Below are positions 50,417-60,472 of a stretch of DNA of 64,000 bases, piece after piece (position 1 is the stretch's first letter; every line of letters begins with the position of its first letter). The stretch is from Vicinamibacteria bacterium (lineage in GTDB: Bacteria; Acidobacteriota; Vicinamibacteria; Marinacidobacterales; Marinacidobacteraceae). Position numbers and translations under genes: made by a program. Under the pieces are notes generated by a model. It did no database searches. It was not told the origin of the DNA and saw only the letters and a list, made by a program, of their open reading frames with translations. The DNA is taken from the NCBI GenBank assembly GCA_963668695.2, contig CAXXLQ010000004.1, forward strand, positions 64,001 through 128,000, written 5' to 3'.

Positions 50417-52003
50417 CCCCTCTTCCCAGAGGCGCGGGTAGAAGGGCTGGAACTTGAACTGGGAGTCAACGTGGGCTGAGCCTCCACCGGAGGCGCGCGG
50501 AAGGAAGTCCGAGAGCTCAAGGGTTGAGCAGCGGACTCCACCGAGCCGGCGGCTCGCACGCTTGGCGCGGTATTCGAGGTTCTGATTCCCGAGAAGTTCA
50601 TCGAGCCGCTCGGGGAGGCCCTCGGGGAGGCCCTCGGGCAGGCCGCCGGGCTCGCGCGACGCCGGGCGGACCGCCGCGAGGTGGTAGCAGGGAAGCGCAT
50701 CTCCTGCGGGGTTCGAAGGAAAGAGCGCGAGCCAGAAACGCTTCCGGAGTCCCGGGAACTCGCAGTCCAGCGCCGAGAACGCGCGCTCAACGTGCCCGGC
50801 GGTGAGCTTTTCCCCGGTGAAGGACCAACCCAGGCCTCGCCGGCGGACAAAACGGAGATCCGGATGTCCGCCGACGAAGCGCGCGACCCGAAAAAGATCC
50901 CCGGTCGCGTAGCGCCGGAGGCCGAAACCGTGGCTCACCACCATTTCGTACGTCTCCCCCGGCCGCAGGTCGCTGGCGCCCAAGAGGCTTGCCTCGGATC
51001 CCAGGCTTGCCTCGGATCCCGGCTCGAGGAACTCGTAGAAGACGCCGGGTGCGGCCGGTAGGAACGCCGTCTCTCGCTCCCGGTAGTCGGGAACGGTCTC
51101 GATCGTCTCGGTGGACATCGAATACATCGGCTCCCGGGTGAAACGCGATGCGGGGAGGCGGCGGTCGAGCCGCTGCAGAAACGGACCCACCGCGCCTCCG
51201 GTCCAGCAGACGTAGGTCGTGACGCCGGGCGCCCAGGCCGTGATCGGCAGTGGCTCGGGACTTTCCGCCACCCGGAGGAGCCGCTTCCGCGATCCCATCG
51301 AAGCGAGCTTCCGGAGGAGCCGCCAGACGGACGGGTGCAGGCGCTCAGGTTCCCGGACGACCCGCCGAACGAGCGCGGAAGCGTTCTCCCAATCGGCGTC
51401 GAGCTCTTCGAAGAACCCGCTCAGCGTGGAGGGGTTCGTTGCGTAGAGGACTCCCGGATTCGACAAGGTGAGGACCAGGAGACGAAGCGCGGCCGCGCCG
51501 TACTGCTCTTTCAGATCCTTAAGCGCCGGATCCGACTGCGCCCGGTAGGGCGCCTGCAGCAGGATGAACCACGGAGGCGCGCGGCGCTCGCTGACGAGCA
51601 ACCAGCTCAGCGAGCGATCCGGATCGAGAGCGCCGAAGACGTAGAGGCTGGGACGCCGGATCCGCCGGCGCGCGACGAGGCGAAGCATCCCGTCCACGAA
51701 AACGCCGCGGGTCGCCGAGAGCCGCTGTCGCGGGTACGCGACGCGCTTGGGCTCGCCCGAGGTGCCGGAGGTGAGCGCCACGGGGGTCCCCGCCCCGTCA
51801 CCCGAATCCGCGGAAGGCAGTTCCCGGGTGAGCGGCGTCGCGGGGGTGATTCCAAAGCGCCGCCGCAGCCGCCTTTCCCGGAGCGGATGGATCGTCAGAC
51901 GTACGCGGTGGCGAAGGACGGCCGCCCGCCCCGCCAGCCGCAGCACGAGTGCGATCGCTGCGCGTCCGAGGTCATTCGCGAGGCCCCGGGCCTCGCGGCT
52001 CAT
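50390..52003 (-). CDS. GH3-family acyl-adenylate-forming ligase
   Basis: LTSGTSGEPK, YSMSTE, FYEF, GLRRYATGD, GEKL and NLEYRAKR motifs; start re-called to ATG 52003. Confidence 0.82.
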   Translation of the reverse strand: MSREARGLANDLGRAAIALVLRLAGRAAVLRHRVRLTIHPLRERRLRRRFGITPATPLTRELPSADSGDGAGTPVALTSGTSGEPKRVAYPRQRLSATRGVFVDGMLRLVARRRIRRPSLYVFGALDPDRSLSWLLVSERRAPPWFILLQAPYRAQSDPALKDLKEQYGAAALRLLVLTLSNPGVLYATNPSTLSGFFEELDADWENASALVRRVVREPERLHPSVWRLLRKLASMGSRKRLLRVAESPEPLPITAWAPGVTTYVCWTGGAVGPFLQRLDRRLPASRFTREPMYSMSTETIETVPDYRERETAFLPAAPGVFYEFLEPGSEASLGSEASLLGASDLRPGETYEMVVSHGFGLRRYATGDLFRVARFVGGHPDLRFVRRRGLGWSFTGEKLTAGHVERAFSALDCEFPGLRKRFWLALFPSNPAGDALPCYHLAAVRPASREPGGLPEGLPEGLPERLDELLGNQNLEYRAKRASRRLGGVRCSTLELSDFLPRASGGGSAHVDSQFKFQPFYPRLWEEGEPPVVEPG

Positions 52004-52029
52004 CGGGGTCGAACTTGGGGCCGAACTTG

Positions 52030-52272
52030 GCCGCCGGTGGACAGAGCCAGGCGGCCCAGTTCTCCCGGTGGGGGCTCGGCCGGCGATCCATCCCGGCTGA
52101 GCGCTGCGCCCCACTTCGCTCGTCGTTGCGCATCGGTCGAAATAACCCGGGCCAGTTCTCCCGGTGGGGGCTCCTCCCTCGCGCGCCTCGTCAGCCGGGC
52201 GCCTCGCCCCCACCGGGAGAACTGGCCGGCCTCGGCGCTCACCTTGCTCTGACCACAGGCACCCAGGGCTGT
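52030..52272. mobile_element. MITE copy with three 20-mer inserts inside the desaturase-GH3 operon
   Basis: Shared core with degenerate termini; 20-mers at 52056, 52152 and 52206. Confidence 0.75.
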
Positions 52273-53687
52273 CCGGACCGGACGAACGGCGGATCAACCA
52301 GGGGGGCCACAAAGGCGGCAGCGATGAAGTCAATGTCTTCCTCGCGGAGGAGGGCCGGGTCCCAGGTGATCGTGACCACGGTCTGGTCGGCCTGGGACAT
52401 GGCGGCGAAGTAGAGCGGATGCTGCCGGTGGAGGCAGGCGATCACCTCCATGCCCGAAACGTCCTGGAGCACCGGCTCGTCGTCACCGGGCCAGTGCTCG
52501 AGGTGCGTGAACCCGGCGGTGCCGAAGTCCGCCCACGACCGGTAGATCCATCGGCGGAGCAGGGGGGCCGCGAAAGGAAACAGCGAAGCGGGAACTGGCA
52601 GAGAGGGAACTGCCCACTCTCCCGCCCGTTTCTTCCGGTACACCATCCGGCGAACCGAGCGGCAGCGCTCCAGAAAGGCCCGGCTCTTCACGGCAGAAAC
52701 CGGCTCGCGGTGAACCCGGATCCGCGACGCACCGTTCCCGAAGCCTCGGAGGCGATCCTCCCGCACGTTCACCGGCACCCAAAGCCCGATTCGATTCCCG
52801 GACAGCCCCTGATGCTCGTTCCAGGCCGCCAGCGCGTCGAGCGCCGCCGCCAGCAGGCAGTCGTTCCAGCGGAATCCACCGACCGTTTTGGACAGGGAGG
52901 CGAGAGGCTCGCGGGGCACGGACACCGTACGCCAGCAGCGGCTCGCCGAAGCAGGCCCGGGACGCGTCGCGAGCGCGGCCGAGGTTCCGGAATCCGGGTT
53001 GCGACGGGCGCCCTTCGGCGCCTCCAGCAGTTTGAGCGATCCGGTCTGGGGGCGCGGGGTCATGGTGTCCAGGCCGCGCGCCATCCGTAGCTGCCGCTGC
53101 ACGAACAGCAGCGTGCCGATCAGGTCCGCGGCGGCATGGTGCACCTGGGTGACGAGACTCCAGGAGGGAGGGTCTCCGGTGCCGAGCAGCATTTGCCTGA
53201 GCGGTGGCCCCTCCTCGAGGGGAAAGGGAATCTCGAGAAACTCCTGGATCCGGGCGACGCGCTCCCCCTCCGGAAAAACCCGGATCGCCAGGGATGGCGA
53301 AGCGCCGGGCCGCGGCTCCCACATCGGTACATCGAACGGCGGCCGGCAGAGCCGGCTCGTGGACACCGGGAACAACTCCCCAGCGCCCTGAGTCCCGGCG
53401 TACAGCGGCCCGAAGTCCGTCACCGCATGCGACGACCGGCCCAGATCGAGCACCAGGGCGTAGTCCAGGGGCCGCTCCGGCGAGTCCGCGAGCAGACACG
53501 CCAGGTCGGGCGTGGCGAGCGGGATGCGTCCGGTCAGACGGCTTCCGGCGGCGCTTCGCGCCAGATGTCGCGGCGCGGAATCCGGCGCCGCTCGGGGTCG
53601 CGCTCGACAAGCTGGTGAAGCTCGACCCAGGCGAGATGCGGCCTCAGGTGGTGTTCTCGGTGCATGGACAGTCCGGAGGAAAACCAA
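52239..53687 (-). CDS. Stand-alone condensation/CoA-dependent acyltransferase-fold protein (start uncertain, probably near 53540)
   Basis: PFPLEEGPPLR, VHHAAAD (HHxxxD), WNDCLLAA, VPVNVR and GFGN motifs. Confidence 0.75.
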   Translation of the reverse strand: MVFLRTVHAPRTPPEAASRLGRASPACRARPRAAPDSAPRHLARSAAGSRLTGRIPLATPDLACLLADSPERPLDYALVLDLGRSSHAVTDFGPLYAGTQGAGELFPVSTSRLCRPPFDVPMWEPRPGASPSLAIRVFPEGERVARIQEFLEIPFPLEEGPPLRQMLLGTGDPPSWSLVTQVHHAAADLIGTLLFVQRQLRMARGLDTMTPRPQTGSLKLLEAPKGARRNPDSGTSAALATRPGPASASRCWRTVSVPREPLASLSKTVGGFRWNDCLLAAALDALAAWNEHQGLSGNRIGLWVPVNVREDRLRGFGNGASRIRVHREPVSAVKSRAFLERCRSVRRMVYRKKRAGEWAVPSLPVPASLFPFAAPLLRRWIYRSWADFGTAGFTHLEHWPGDDEPVLQDVSGMEVIACLHRQHPLYFAAMSQADQTVVTITWDPALLREEDIDFIAAAFVAPLVDPPFVRSGQPWVPVVRAR

Positions 53688-54400
53688 TACGCCAATCGGC
53701 CGAAGTAGTTGTGGGAGCGCGCCGCGGGATCACCGGTGGAATAGCCCTCATGGGTGAGATGGGCGAAAGGAATCCAGAGCACGAGCGACACGAGTACGCA
53801 GACCGGCAGGGTCCCCGACACCACCCGCCAAGGACCCACCAGCATGGCCACCAGAAGATAACAGGCCGCGATGGCCAGATAGTTCACCGCCAGATCGCGT
53901 CCATGGCCCGGAGGCAGTCCGCCGCGGCGGCGAATCCAGAAGAACCATTGGTGCGGCATCGCCACCGCCCGGAAGGGAAGCTGCCACTTATGGGGAGTGT
54001 CCAGGAACAGGTCCGGATCCTTCCCCGGCTCGTTGGTGTGGCGGTGGTGCTGGAGATGGGTGCCCCGGAAGTTCGTGAACGGAACGAGACAGGGCAAAAG
54101 AGCCAGCCGGCCCCAGAAGGCATTGGTTTTCCGCGACCGGCCGAGGAGGCCGTGGACGCCTTCGTGGGCCATTACGGTGCCGATGAAGGCCAGCCAGCTC
54201 CGGAACAGGATGTCCGCCGTCCAACCCCACCAGGTGGTGGGAACCACCAGCAACCCGGCGAAGCTCAACGCCAGGAGCGACACGATCACCGTGCGGCTGA
54301 GCAGGTGGACCCGGCGGACCGGCCAGCGACGAAGTCCGGCCGGAACGGAGGGAGAATGGACACCGGAAACCTCTTCGGACCGGTTTCGATTCATGGCCAC
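53534..54400 (-). CDS. Membrane fatty acid desaturase/hydroxylase family protein
   Basis: Three His boxes HEGVH, HLQHH and HREHH with TM segments. Confidence 0.88.
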   Translation of the reverse strand: MAMNRNRSEEVSGVHSPSVPAGLRRWPVRRVHLLSRTVIVSLLALSFAGLLVVPTTWWGWTADILFRSWLAFIGTVMAHEGVHGLLGRSRKTNAFWGRLALLPCLVPFTNFRGTHLQHHRHTNEPGKDPDLFLDTPHKWQLPFRAVAMPHQWFFWIRRRGGLPPGHGRDLAVNYLAIAACYLLVAMLVGPWRVVSGTLPVCVLVSLVLWIPFAHLTHEGYSTGDPAARSHNYFGRLAYWFSSGLSMHREHHLRPHLAWVELHQLVERDPERRRIPRRDIWREAPPEAV

Positions 54401-54426
54401 CTGCTACACCCCTTCCGATCTTGACT

Positions 54427-54632
54427 CTAGCAGCCTGTGGACAAGGTCACGCGGCGTTCGGCTGGCGATGCATCCCGGCTGAACCGCGCCTCTGTGAGGC
54501 GCTCATCGTTGCGCTTCGGTCGAAATACACCAGGTATTCCTCCCGCGCGCGCCTTGTCAGCCGGGCGCCTCGCCCCCACTGGGAGAACTGGCCAGCCTCG
54601 GCGCTCACGCCACTTTGTCCACAGGCTACTAG
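54427..54632. mobile_element. MITE copy with CTAG duplication and one 20-mer insert
   Basis: CTAG-CAGCCTGTGGACAA ... TTGTCCACAGGCTA-CTAG. Confidence 0.85.
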
Positions 54633-54712
54633 CATTCGCCATACCTCGAGACGGACCGCCGGCAGCCTGCGCGCCAGCGGCCGAATTCCTGGAAGAAGGA
54701 GGGAAGCGCTCC

Positions 54713-57700
54713 ATGCCCCCAGCACACTTTGACATCGGCTCCGCACCCGTGACCGGCGGGCGCCGGAAACGCGCGGCGTTGCTCGCCGCCGCCCTCCTGC
54801 TGGCCGCCGGTTTCGCCGCCGGCCAAACCGCGGATCCGGATACCGGGCCGGTTGCCACCGCGATCGAGGGACTGAAGCTCCGCGGGATCGGCCCCGCCCT
54901 GATGGGAGGCCGGATCGCCGACATCGCCGTGCACCCGCAGCGGCGCTCCACCTGGTACGTGGTGGTGGGTTCCGGCGGGCTCTGGAAGACCGAAAACAGC
55001 GGCACCACCTGGAAGCCGGTCTTCGACGAATACCCCTCCTACTCCATCGGCACCGTAGCCCTCGATCCTTCGAACCCGGAAGTCGTGTGGATCGGCACCG
55101 GAGAGAACGTGAGCGGACGCCACGTCGGCTGGGGCGACGGGGTGTATCGCAGCCGTAACGGCGGCGCCTCCTGGGAGCAGGTGGGCCTCGCCGGCTCGCA
55201 GCACATCGGCAAGATCCTGGTGGATCCGCGGGATGGGGACACCGTCCTGGTGGCCGCCGAGGGGCCGCTGTGGAACGGAGGGGGCGAACGCGGCGTGTAC
55301 CGGACCGAGGACGGCGGCGCCACCTGGACCCGCACGCTCGATCTCGGCCCCGACACCGGCGCGACCGATCTGGAGTTCGCTCCGGGCGACCCGGACACCG
55401 TCTATGCCGCGGCCTACCAGCGCCGGCGCCACGTGTGGTCGTTCCTGGCCGGAGGACCCGGCTCCGGGATCCACAAGTCCGACGACGGCGGCCGGACGTT
55501 CCGAAAGATCACGAAGGGCCTGCCGAAGGGCGACGTCGGGAAGATCGGCCTCGCGGTGACCCCGGCGGATCCCGGGCTCGTCTACGCGACCATCGAGGCC
55601 GACGAGGAGGAACGCGGCTTCTACCGCTCCGGGGACCGGGGCGAGAGCTGGGAGCGGCGCAGTCCCTACGTGTCGGGAGGCACCGGGCCGCACTACTACC
55701 AGGAGATCGAAGCGTCTCCGGCCGACCCGGACCTCGTGTACCAGATGGACGTCTTCTTCCACGTGACCCGGGACGGCGGCAAGACCTTCGACTACCTCGG
55801 CACCGGACGCGAAAAGCACAGCGACAACCACGCGATCTGGATCGATCCCGACGACCCCGGCCACCTGCTCGGCGGCACCGACTCGGGGCTTTACGAAACG
55901 TTCGACGAGGGAGTGACCTGGCGGCACTTCCCGAACATGCCCGTCTCCCAGTTCTACAAGGTGGCGCTCAGTAACGCCGAACCCTTCTACGACCTCCTCG
56001 GGGGGGCGCAGGACCTCGGGTCGGTGCACGGTCCTTCGCGCACCCAGAACAGGGAAGGGGTCCGGAACCGCGACTGGTACGTGCCGCTCGGGGCGGACGG
56101 CTACGGCGTGCAGATCGATCCGCGCGACCCGAACATCCTCTATCTGATGACCCAGCAGGGGAATCTCTATCGCGCCGACCGGCGGAGCGAGGAGACGCTG
56201 CACATCCAGCCGCTGGCCGCCCCCGGCGAACCACCGGAACGCTGGAACTGGGACTCCCCGATCCTGATCAGCCCGCACGACGCGGACCGGCTGTACTTCG
56301 GGTCGCAGCGAGTGTGGCGGAGTGAGAACCGGGGCCAGTCGTGGACCGCGGTCAGCGGGGACCTGACCACCGGCCGGAACCGCTACGAGCTCCCCTTCTA
56401 CGACCGGATCTGGAGCGTGGACGCCCTGCACGACACGGCGGCCATGTCCCGCTACGCGACGCTGACCGCGATCTCCGAGTCGCCGGTGGCGGAGGGCGTG
56501 CTCTTTACCGGAAGCGACGACGGACTGGTCCACGTCAGCACCGACGGCGGGGCGAACTGGAGCCGGGCGGCGGCGCTTCCGGAACTCCCGGCCCTCGCCT
56601 TCGTCAACGACGTCGAGGCGTCCCAGCACGACCCGGACACCGTGTTCGTGGTGGCCGACAACCACAAGATGGGCGACTTCCGGACGTATCTGTTCCGCAG
56701 CCGGGACCGCGGGGCGTCTTGGGAGTCCATCGCCGGGGACCTGCCCGACGGGACCATCGTCTGGGCCATCCAGCAGGATCACCGGGACCCGGACCTGCTG
56801 TTCCTGGCAGCCGAGTACGGGCTCCACGTCTCGTGGAACGGCGGGACGAACTGGGTGAAGCTGAAGGGCGCCCCGACGATTTCGTTCCGCGACGTGAAGG
56901 TGCAGCGGCGGGATGACGACCTGGTCGGCGCCACCTTCGGTCGGGGGTTTTACGTCCTGGACGACTACGCGCCGCTCCGGGAAATGGCCGCCGCGGTCCG
57001 CGCCGGCGAATCCACGCTCTTCCCGCTGCGCGACGCCTGGTGGTACGTGCCGTCGGTTCCGGCCCAGGCCCCGGGCCGTCCCACCCAGGGAAGCACCGCC
57101 TTCGTGGCGGACAACCCGCCGTTCGGCGCGGTGCTGACCTACTACCTCGCCGAGGACCTGAAGACGGCGAAGGAGGAGCGGCAGGCCGGCGAGAAGGAAG
57201 CGCGGGAGAGCGGCGCCGACATCCCCTTCCCCGGATTCGACACGCTCCGGATCGAGGAACTGGAAGAGGATCCCGCGGTGTTCGTGGTGATCCGGGACGC
57301 GAACGGAGCGCCGGTCCGGCGGGTCGCCGGATCCCCGAAGAAGGGCGTCCACCGGGTGGCCTGGGACCTCCGGGGCCCGGCGCCCAACCCGATCACCTTC
57401 CAGGAGCCGGGGTTCACCCCTCCCTGGGTGCGCCCGCCCCAGGGACCGCTCAGGGCGCCGGGCGAGTACTCCGCGCAGCTCGTCGCGGTGACCCGTGACG
57501 GCGCCCGCAACCTCGGGGAACCGCAGCGCTTCCGGGTCAAGCCCGTGCCGAACCTCCCCGAGGGCACCGATCCGGCGGCGGTGGCCGCCTTCCAGCAGGA
57601 GACGGCCAGCCTGCTCCGAGCGATCCACGGGGCCGCGGCCGAGGCCGGCCGGGTCCGGGAGCGGATCCGCCACCTGCGGGCGGCCCTCAAGGAAACCCCC

Positions 57701-58036
57701 CAGGCGGACGAAGCGCTCTTCGGGCGGATGGACGCCGTCCTCAGGACGCTCTCGGACCTGGAAGTCCGGCTGAACGGCGACCCCGCTCGCGGTTCGCGGA
57801 ACCACCCGGCGGCGCCCTCCATCCGGGAGCGGGTCGGGGGCATCGCGGGCGGCCACTGGGACACCCGCCAGACGCCCACCGAGACCCAGCGCGAAAGCCT
57901 CCGCATCGCGGCCGGGGAGTTCGAAGGACTGCGGGGCGAGTTGCGGTCGCTCGTCGACGAGGACCTGGCCGGGCTCGAAGCGGACCTCGAAGCCGCCGGG
58001 GCTCCGTGGACCCCGGGGAGGAAGATCCCGAGATAG
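54713..58036 (+). CDS. Exported VPS10/BNR (Asp-box) beta-propeller, glycosyl-hydrolase-like
   Basis: RGIGPALMGGRIAD start; many S/TxDGGxTW Asp boxes; RWNWDSP and ATFGRGFYVLDD motifs; GAAGGAGG RBS before ATG 54713. Confidence 0.88.
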   Translation: MPPAHFDIGSAPVTGGRRKRAALLAAALLLAAGFAAGQTADPDTGPVATAIEGLKLRGIGPALMGGRIADIAVHPQRRSTWYVVVGSGGLWKTENSGTTWKPVFDEYPSYSIGTVALDPSNPEVVWIGTGENVSGRHVGWGDGVYRSRNGGASWEQVGLAGSQHIGKILVDPRDGDTVLVAAEGPLWNGGGERGVYRTEDGGATWTRTLDLGPDTGATDLEFAPGDPDTVYAAAYQRRRHVWSFLAGGPGSGIHKSDDGGRTFRKITKGLPKGDVGKIGLAVTPADPGLVYATIEADEEERGFYRSGDRGESWERRSPYVSGGTGPHYYQEIEASPADPDLVYQMDVFFHVTRDGGKTFDYLGTGREKHSDNHAIWIDPDDPGHLLGGTDSGLYETFDEGVTWRHFPNMPVSQFYKVALSNAEPFYDLLGGAQDLGSVHGPSRTQNREGVRNRDWYVPLGADGYGVQIDPRDPNILYLMTQQGNLYRADRRSEETLHIQPLAAPGEPPERWNWDSPILISPHDADRLYFGSQRVWRSENRGQSWTAVSGDLTTGRNRYELPFYDRIWSVDALHDTAAMSRYATLTAISESPVAEGVLFTGSDDGLVHVSTDGGANWSRAAALPELPALAFVNDVEASQHDPDTVFVVADNHKMGDFRTYLFRSRDRGASWESIAGDLPDGTIVWAIQQDHRDPDLLFLAAEYGLHVSWNGGTNWVKLKGAPTISFRDVKVQRRDDDLVGATFGRGFYVLDDYAPLREMAAAVRAGESTLFPLRDAWWYVPSVPAQAPGRPTQGSTAFVADNPPFGAVLTYYLAEDLKTAKEERQAGEKEARESGADIPFPGFDTLRIEELEEDPAVFVVIRDANGAPVRRVAGSPKKGVHRVAWDLRGPAPNPITFQEPGFTPPWVRPPQGPLRAPGEYSAQLVAVTRDGARNLGEPQRFRVKPVPNLPEGTDPAAVAAFQQETASLLRAIHGAAAEAGRVRERIRHLRAALKETPQADEALFGRMDAVLRTLSDLEVRLNGDPARGSRNHPAAPSIRERVGGIAGGHWDTRQTPTETQRESLRIAAGEFEGLRGELRSLVDEDLAGLEADLEAAGAPWTPGRKIPR

Positions 58037-59462
58037 GAACTCCACGCTCTGGCGGGGTCTGTTGCGGGGACTCCACGCTGGAGCGGGGCCGGCGGACGGG
58101 AACTCCACGCCGGAGCCGCGAAGCTCCACGCTGGAGCGGGGCCGGCGGGCGGGAACTCCACGCTGGAGCCGCCGAACTCCACGCTGTAGTGGGATCTGCC
58201 GGCGGGAACTCCACGCTGGAGCCGCCGAACTCCACGCTGGAGTGGGATCTGCTGGCGGGAACTCCACGCTGGAGCCGCCGAACTCCACGCTGGAGCAGGA
58301 TCTGTTGGCGGGAACTCCACGCTGGAGCCGCCGAACTCCACGCTGGAGCGGGATCTGCCGGCGGGAACTCCACGCTGGAGCCGCCGAACTCCACGCTGGA
58401 GCAGGATCTGCCAGCGGGAACTCCACGCTGGAGCCGCCGAACTCCACGCTGGAGCAGGATCTGTTGGCGAGAACTCCACGCTGGAGCCGCCGAACTCCAC
58501 GCTGGAGCAGGGATCTGTTGGCGGGAACTCCACGCTGGAGCCGCCGAACTCCACGCTGTGAGCGGGATCTGCTGGTGGGAACTCCACGCTGGAGCCGACG
58601 AACTCCACGCTGTAGCAGGATCTGCTGGCGGGAACTCCACGCTGGAGCCGCCGAACTCCACGCTGGAGCAGGATCTGTTGGCGGGAACTCCACGCTGGAG
58701 CCGCCGAACTCCACGCTGTAGCGGCATCTGTCGGCGGGAACTCCACGCTGGAGCCGCCGAACTCCACGCTGGAGCGGGATCTGCTCGGCGGGAACTCCAC
58801 GCTGGAGCCGCCGAACTCCACGCTGGAGCAGGATCTGTTGGCGGGAACTCCACGCTGGAGCCGCCGAACTCCACGCTGGAGCGGGTCTGCTGGCGGGAAC
58901 TCCACGCTGGAGCCGCCGAACTCCACGCTGGAGCGGGATCTGTTGGCGGGAACTCCACGCTGGAGCCGCCGAACTCCACGCTGGAGCGGGGTCTGTCGGC
59001 GGGAACTCCACGCTGTAGCCGCGGAACTCCACGCTGTAGCGGGATCTGTTGGCGGGAACTCCACGCTGGAGCCGCCGAACTCCACGCTGGAGCGGGATCT
59101 GTTGGGGAACTCCACGCTGGAGCCGCCGAACTCCACGCTGGAGCGGGGTCTGCTGGTGGGAACTCCACGCTGGAGCCGCGGAACTCCACGCTGGAGCGGG
59201 ATCTGTTGGCGGGAACTCCACGCTGGAGCCGCCGAACTCCACGCTGGAGCAGGATCTGTTGGCGGGAACTCCACGCTGGAGCCGCCGAACTCCACGCTGG
59301 AGCGGGGCCGGCGGACGGAACTCCACGCTGGAGGGGGTTCGGCGGATGGGGACTCCACGCTGGAGGAGGTGGAACTCCACGCTGGAGCCGCGAAGCTCCA
59401 CGCTGAAGCGGGTTCGGCGGGCGGGAACTCCACGCTGGAGCCGCGAAGCTCCACGCTGGAGG
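58036..59462. repeat. Tandem array of ~23 x 53-bp units (about 54 copies of the CTCCACGCTGGAG core)
   Basis: Consensus GGGAACTCCACGCTGGAG-CCGCC-GAACTCCACGCTGGAG-CRGGATCTGYYGGC; units start at 58098, 58151, 58204 ... 59264, with degenerate edges. Confidence 0.95.
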
Positions 59463-59646
59463 AGGTTCCGCGGGCGGCGACAGGACTGTCAGAAATTCCG
59501 TGTGTAGGCCGGTGACTCTGGAAACTGCGTTCGGTTTGCTTCCCGGAATTGTATGACCGGGCCGATGGGGATTTGGCCGGCGCGCCCGAGGGGGCCGGCG
59601 CGGAGCGGGTAGGGACGCCCGATGCGCGTGAAGCGCGTGGTTGCGC

Positions 59647-60372
59647 CTAACGGACCGCCCGCGAGTACCACCCGCCCCACGCCGCCTTCCACCGCCGGAA
59701 TACCGCGATGAAGAGCGGGTTGGTCCAGATCAGGATCTTCCACAGCGGCCACTGGTCGAAGCGGCGGCACGAGGGCCGGACGGGCGGTTCTCGGATCCGC
59801 CGGATTCGCCGTCCGGTCTTCCGCCCGAGCCGCCCGAGACGCCAGACGAAGTCCACGTCTTCGCCGATCCACGTCCGCTCGTCGTATCCACCCACCTGTT
59901 CGAAGGCGTCCCGGCGAGCGAACTGCGCGGCCCCCAGCACCATCCCCGTGAGCCGGACGAGAAGCCACCAGGCGCCCAGGTAGAGCCTCACCGAGAGGCG
60001 CCGCGCCCGCCAGGTTGTCTCCACGCCTCCCCCGATGCACGCCGGATCGCTCATCGCCTCGTGGATCCGGATCAGGAACTCCGGCGGGACGATCACGTCC
60101 GCATCCACAAAGACCAGCACGTCCCCGCTCGCCCGGCGCGCCCCGGCGTTCCGGGCCCGGGCGATGACCTGCACCGGCTCGTGGACCACCGTGGCGCCCC
60201 GCTCGCGGGCAATCGACGCGGTCCGGTCGCGGCTGTTGTTGTCCACGACGATCGTTTCAACTTCTGCGCCGGCCTGGGCCCACAGCGCCTCCGCGGCAAT
60301 CCGGAGCGAGTCGAGCGTCGGCCCCAGGTACGCCTCCTCGTTGAAGGCGGGGACGACAACGGAGAACTTCAC
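59647..60372 (-). CDS. GT2-family glycosyltransferase
   Basis: SVVVPAFNEE, VVDNNSRDRT, ARNAG, FVDAD and GGYDE...ED motifs; start re-called to GTG 60372. Confidence 0.9.
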   Translation of the reverse strand: MKFSVVVPAFNEEAYLGPTLDSLRIAAEALWAQAGAEVETIVVDNNSRDRTASIARERGATVVHEPVQVIARARNAGARRASGDVLVFVDADVIVPPEFLIRIHEAMSDPACIGGGVETTWRARRLSVRLYLGAWWLLVRLTGMVLGAAQFARRDAFEQVGGYDERTWIGEDVDFVWRLGRLGRKTGRRIRRIREPPVRPSCRRFDQWPLWKILIWTNPLFIAVFRRWKAAWGGWYSRAVR

Positions 60373-60472
60373 TAAGCTCGGATCAGCGCCCTCCGGTGTA
60401 CGAATCAATCACCACGTCAGCGATTTCATTCACGTGGTGAATAGCTGGGAACTCCAGGTCGCACCGGGCAAT

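Noticed and set aside
58036-59462. CRISPR array
   Set aside because: The intervening sequences are short (about 5 and 16 nt) and themselves repeated rather than unique spacers; no cas genes or leader are visible
54629-59515. Long repetitive ORFs (1590, 770, 482, 466 aa) across the array
   Set aside because: The 53-bp period and scattered indels rotate the frame; the ORFs are open only because the repeat is nearly stop-free, and they run antisense to the VPS10 gene
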